From contig JBEKTQ010000017.1 of NCBI GenBank assembly GCA_049515895.1, positions 1-63,630 on the forward strand: a DNA stretch of 63,630 nucleotides, read 5' to 3'. Below are positions 59,692-63,630 of the stretch, in pieces; position 1 is the stretch's first letter, and every line of letters starts with the position of its first letter. The stretch is from Candidatus Bathyarchaeia archaeon. Its GTDB lineage: Archaea; Thermoproteota; Bathyarchaeia; Bathyarchaeales; Bathycorpusculaceae. The notes beneath the pieces are model-generated. The model searched no databases, was not told where the DNA came from, and saw nothing but the letters and a program-made list of their open reading frames with translations. Position numbers and translations under genes: made by a program.

Positions 59692-60771
59692 TTATTGCTT
59701 TTTCAGGTAGTTGGGGTCTTCGCGTAGAAGTTTTGGAATGTAGTTGCAGGCTGGGTCTGATTCGAATAGGTCGCCAGTGTAGTATTCGGCTCTTGTTCTG
59801 CATCCGCCGCAGATTTCTCGGTATTCGCAAATTCCGCATCTGCCTTTAATGTTGCTTTTGTCTCGCAGTTTAAGGTGCAGTTCGCTGTGCTGTAGGTCAT
59901 CCCAAACCTTGGTCAATTTCTTGTCTTTGACGTTGCCTAAGCGATAGCCTTCGTGGAACCCGCAGCTTCGGTAGTCGCCGTTTTCGGTTATGCCCACGTA
60001 GTTGCCGCCGATAGTGCATCTGCCAAGATAGCCTTCGTGGTACCAGTCCCAGAAGTCAACTGGGTTTTTTTGGCGGACGATTCTGGCGTAGAAAGGCGAG
60101 TAAACGTTGACTTTAACTTTGCCGTATAATTTACGTTGAATATCATAGATTTCGTTGAAAGCTTCCTCGTATTGTTCGGGTGTGGGCGCCAAATCGGGCA
60201 TGTTACTTCCCGCTCTGCCAACGGGAACTAAATTGTGATAGACTACCATGCGGGCTTTGTATTCTTCCGCGAGCGCGGCTGGGTGCGCCATGTGTTTAAT
60301 GTTATATTTAGTCATGGTTACGACTAAGCAGTCAAGCAACCCAACCTCAGACAGTTTTTTCATCGCATGTAATGCTTTGTCATAGCTGCCTTTGCGCCGA
60401 ATAATTTCGTTTGATTCCTTGTTCCCGTCAATGCTGATTGCTGTGTGAACATTGTACTTTCTGAGCTTGTCAAATCGTTCTTCGTCAAAGGCGAAACCGC
60501 TTGTTATTAGGCTAACTTTCATGTCGTATTTTTCTTCAGCGTAAGCAATAACATCAAAAACGTCTTTTCGAACCAAGGGTTCTCCGCCGCTGATGCCAAA
60601 CCACGGAGACCCAAAATCGTGAATTTCGTCAACCATTTTTTTGGCGCCTTGGGTGTCTAGTTCCGTGTCAGCAGCATAGTCTTTGGTATAGCTACAGTAC
60701 ATGCAATTGCCGACACAGTTCCTAGTACACCGCCAAACGACCATGAATAACGGTGACTTATTTGAAGCCAT
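59692..60771 (-). CDS. Radical SAM/SPASM protein (NirJ/Ahb/PqqE-like)
   Basis: CVGNCMYC, SGGEPL, SIDG, SPASM C..G, CGICEYREICGGCR, DPAC. Confidence 0.9.
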   Translation of the reverse strand: MASNKSPLFMVVWRCTRNCVGNCMYCSYTKDYAADTELDTQGAKKMVDEIHDFGSPWFGISGGEPLVRKDVFDVIAYAEEKYDMKVSLITSGFAFDEERFDKLRKYNVHTAISIDGNKESNEIIRRKGSYDKALHAMKKLSEVGLLDCLVVTMTKYNIKHMAHPAALAEEYKARMVVYHNLVPVGRAGSNMPDLAPTPEQYEEAFNEIYDIQRKLYGKVKVNVYSPFYARIVRQKNPVDFWDWYHEGYLGRCTIGGNYVGITENGDYRSCGFHEGYRLGNVKDKKLTKVWDDLQHSELHLKLRDKSNIKGRCGICEYREICGGCRTRAEYYTGDLFESDPACNYIPKLLREDPNYLKKQ

Positions 60772-60923
60772 CAAATCCCCTAACAGTGAAAGTAAATTCG
60801 GCAATGTGATATAAAACTTACTCCTAGAATGAAGTGTTTGTTTTTAATGAAAATATTGCAGAAAGTAGTTGTTGCCGTGGCTTTGTTATGGTCTTATTCT
60901 CAATTATTGTGCATGTGCCGTTC

Positions 60924-61391
60924 CTAATGCCTGGTTTTTTCATTTTTGCCACGATGCGTTCGCCTGGTTTGAAGAAATCCTTCGATAGTGAAAACGCCTA
61001 GGGCAAATGCGGTTATGAGAATAATCAGTAGGAAGAAAACTCTGAACTCGTAAGTTTCAACTGGGTAATGAATAACCAAAATTACTGCTTCAACGACAAG
61101 AATGGCTAGGAAGACGATTGAGTAGCGCCACATTTTGGGCAATAAATGATTGCCGACCCATACGTACCCAGAAATATGTGCTTTATTCTTTGTTATGTAC
61201 TCTCCGTACTCGTTTTTTTGAAGGTAGCCAAGATCTTCGAGCTTTTGTAAGTGTCTGTATGCCACGCTTGGGCTGCTGAGGTTGGCGGCTTTCATTACTT
61301 CTCTGGGCCCAACGGGTTTGCTTATCTTCAAAACGTGTAAGTACACGTCTAAAGTTATGCCTTCCAACTCCTCGTTGCCCGTCTTAGTCAT
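60924..61391 (-). CDS. Membrane-anchored wHTH regulator
   Basis: VGPREV...LSSPSVAYRHLQKL plus two C-terminal TM helices. Confidence 0.8.
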   Translation of the reverse strand: MTKTGNEELEGITLDVYLHVLKISKPVGPREVMKAANLSSPSVAYRHLQKLEDLGYLQKNEYGEYITKNKAHISGYVWVGNHLLPKMWRYSIVFLAILVVEAVILVIHYPVETYEFRVFFLLIILITAFALGVFTIEGFLQTRRTHRGKNEKTRH

Positions 61392-61656
61392 GGTTAAGCC
61401 TCTAAGTAAAACCAAGGTAAAAGTTTATCCGTATTAGGTTTATTCGGGACAAAGCCATTCTCGGAACTTTTCTCGCTAAGATGTATTTCCACGAAAAAGC
61501 AAATCTCAGAACGATTATTCACATAAACTCTGTTTTCAAATGCGGGAACATTTTTTGTCATAAAAATATCAAGCCTTAACCATACTTTGGGAAAGTCTTA
61601 TTAAACTAACCAGCGCTAAATTGAACTCAGAAATCAAAAGGAGAAGAAAGTGAATA

Positions 61657-63042
61657 ATGTCTAAAACTAAAGAATATTCATGGATGACAAAAAACAAATT
61701 AATGACCTACACATTTTTCGCGTTGCTCATACTCACTATCATAACGGCTGCTCTTTGGTCGCAAGAGACAACCCCATCAAAATGGAACCTCGGTCTAACA
61801 TTAGCCATTAACGCAATAATCTCAGTTGGTATCGCTGTTGGTCTTGACGCCTTTCTAAACAAAGTTGCAGTTGACAGTCCACTTAACTTGATGTCTGCTG
61901 CTGTTTTCGGCTTAATCGTCACCGACTGCTACGTGCTTGGTGTCCCTAGTATGACTACACTTGAGCTGTTTCCCTTGGAGGCGCCTCAGTGTTTCGTCTT
62001 TGTTGCTGCAATGTCTGCAATAGGCTTGATTGTTTTCAAGAAACTTATCGGTCTCTCTGGCAGAAAATACGTTAATCCTGCTGCAGCTGCAAAAATCGTT
62101 GTCATGGTTCCCTTCATTAACGCGTTGCTACTAGCAATTGATCACATGAAAAGCGGTTTACTTAAAGTTCCATCGCTCGCAGGTCCAATAGGGTTGACGA
62201 ACGTAGTAAACGGCAATGGAGGCGGTACGGGATATCCAGGATTCGGCGCATATATGTACAGCTGCTTCGCTAATTCTAACCTCAAGATCCCTACAACAAC
62301 TATAAACAACTTACTTCAAACAATGTTTCTGGACAAGTTCCACGGCTGGCCCGGCGGAGCATCAACAATTGCAGTTATCATCGTTGGTATAGGCTTCTTC
62401 GTTGTCGCGCGCAGATATGTTAAATGGAGAATTACAATTAGCTACTTTGTTGCTGTCGCTGTGCTTTCGGTGATTTTCTCTGCTGTTTATGGTGACTCAG
62501 GTAGTTCAGGTTACCTTGTGCGGTTTCTGTTCCTGATGTTCATCGGGAGTTCAGTGTTCTTAGCATTCTTTATGGCGACAGATCCTGCAACGACGCCACT
62601 GACCTACGTGGGACAGATAATTTTCGGAGTCGGAACGGCAATATTAACAGTGCTTATGGTCACTTACTTGGCGTTCTTCGGAGCCTCTTTCGTAGCGCTA
62701 GTTATAATGAACTTAACTGTGCCTGCACTCGACAAAGTCGGCAGACTAAAACCATCGACAGAATCTAAAGAACCCAAACTGCCTAAAGCCCAAGCATTCG
62801 CACCTGAAAAAGTCAAAGAGTACCAGTGCATGAGGTGCGGTGCATGCATGCGAGTTTGCTGCCACAGATTAAGCCCAATACTGATTAAGCAAGCATTTGA
62901 CAAGATGAATTTCGACGCAATGAGCAAGCTAAACGCGGATTATTGCACAGGTTGCGGCCACTGCAGTTACGTTTGCCCCTCAAGAATAGATTTAAAAGGC
63001 GCAGTCCTCCGATCAAAAGTAATGCTAAGACAGCAAGAATAA
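61657..63042 (+). CDS. RnfD/NqrB-family membrane protein fused to a C-terminal 2x[4Fe-4S] domain
   Basis: GRKYVNPAA, FFMATDPATTP (RnfD); CMRCGACMRVC and CTGCGHCSYVCP. Confidence 0.85.
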   Translation: MSKTKEYSWMTKNKLMTYTFFALLILTIITAALWSQETTPSKWNLGLTLAINAIISVGIAVGLDAFLNKVAVDSPLNLMSAAVFGLIVTDCYVLGVPSMTTLELFPLEAPQCFVFVAAMSAIGLIVFKKLIGLSGRKYVNPAAAAKIVVMVPFINALLLAIDHMKSGLLKVPSLAGPIGLTNVVNGNGGGTGYPGFGAYMYSCFANSNLKIPTTTINNLLQTMFLDKFHGWPGGASTIAVIIVGIGFFVVARRYVKWRITISYFVAVAVLSVIFSAVYGDSGSSGYLVRFLFLMFIGSSVFLAFFMATDPATTPLTYVGQIIFGVGTAILTVLMVTYLAFFGASFVALVIMNLTVPALDKVGRLKPSTESKEPKLPKAQAFAPEKVKEYQCMRCGACMRVCCHRLSPILIKQAFDKMNFDAMSKLNADYCTGCGHCSYVCPSRIDLKGAVLRSKVMLRQQE

Positions 63043-63444
63043 ACCCCATTTCCTTAACTTTTTTATTTTGTCTTCTTTGTCCCCAAAAAACATGCGCATG
63101 AAGAAACGCAGTTTCACGAATTGCCCTGCGCAATTCGAAGATGTATTTTGGCCTACTTGTTTTTGCTTTATTTCTAGGTTAAAATTTGCTGTTTTTGCAT
63201 TGCTGTATTCTCTCTTCACAATGGTTTAATGCGGATGATTTGGAACATAAAAAGCTAAAGAAGCTTCATAATCCTCAACCTCGCTTTTTATTAGCTTGAG
63301 GAAGAAAATGACCTTGTCAAGACCAGGCCTCTATCTTCATTTCTTAAGTTTAGATACTTCCGACTTTGGGATTCTTGCATGCCAAGCTTGCAAGCATTAA
63401 GCTTATTAACATGCCACCATGTAAATAGTTCCAAGGGATAAAAA

Positions 63445-63630
63445 TTGGAAACACCAAAATTTAAACTGGCTGACATATTCTACGCCATACTAATACCGCT
63501 CATTCTGGTATTCCTGATATTCTTGCTCGCAATCTACGTCAATCCGGGCGGATCTTACCACTGGATCGGCGGCTCCAGTGTTATTGCCATCATTTTCACA
63601 CAGGGCTTTGCGCAGATGATCATTCTCGGC
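63445..63630 (+). CDS. Membrane protein, 5' part only (runs off the window)
   Basis: TTG-started open frame METPKFKLADIFYAILIPLILVFLIFLLAIY... Confidence 0.6.
   Translation, partial: METPKFKLADIFYAILIPLILVFLIFLLAIYVNPGGSYHWIGGSSVIAIIFTQGFAQMIILG

Noticed and set aside
174-63476. Many short antisense or alternate-frame ORFs in the ORF track
   Set aside because: They are shadows of well-supported genes on the other strand or frame.

Overview
Archaeal chromosomal segment, most consistent with Bathyarchaeia (inference from Ftr, MtrH-like, F420 reductase, GPN-loop GTPase, many wHTH genes and TTG/GTG starts). From left to right: (1) the 3' end of a surface protein; (2) a purine cluster (purF-purD >> << purQ-purL-purS, purM) that covers steps 1, 2, 4 and 5 but has no PurN/PurT, with an EhaR-like HAD / Ftr-like formyltransferase / PfkB kinase trio coupled to purD instead; (3) a ~4.1 kb element integrated in the 5' half of tRNA-Gly(CCC), with an SSV1-type split integrase, followed by decayed tRNA 3'-end copies and a pseudogene; (4) a complete polyphosphate cluster (ppk2, ppx, CHAD-metallophosphoesterase-HD fusion, ppk1, CYTH); (5) a ~6.8 kb A/C-skewed tyrosine-integrase element inserted in the leader of a bacterial-type metK, with three copies of a repeat bracketing single cargo genes (integron-like layout); (6) an acetate module (satP, acs, Pat-like); (7) a corrinoid/methyl-transfer neighbourhood (AsnB-like, nitrilase, two paralogous Cys-rich barrels, ferredoxin, CbiZ, B12 radical SAM, MtrH-like, corrinoid protein); (8) two GT-C-like membrane proteins, a degenerate tRNA, a radical SAM/SPASM protein and an orphan RnfD-ferredoxin fusion. 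Two distant intergenic regions share a conserved ~65 bp module, each preceded by an exact 10-bp-period array of different sequence. All calls come from reading motifs by eye; no searches were run.
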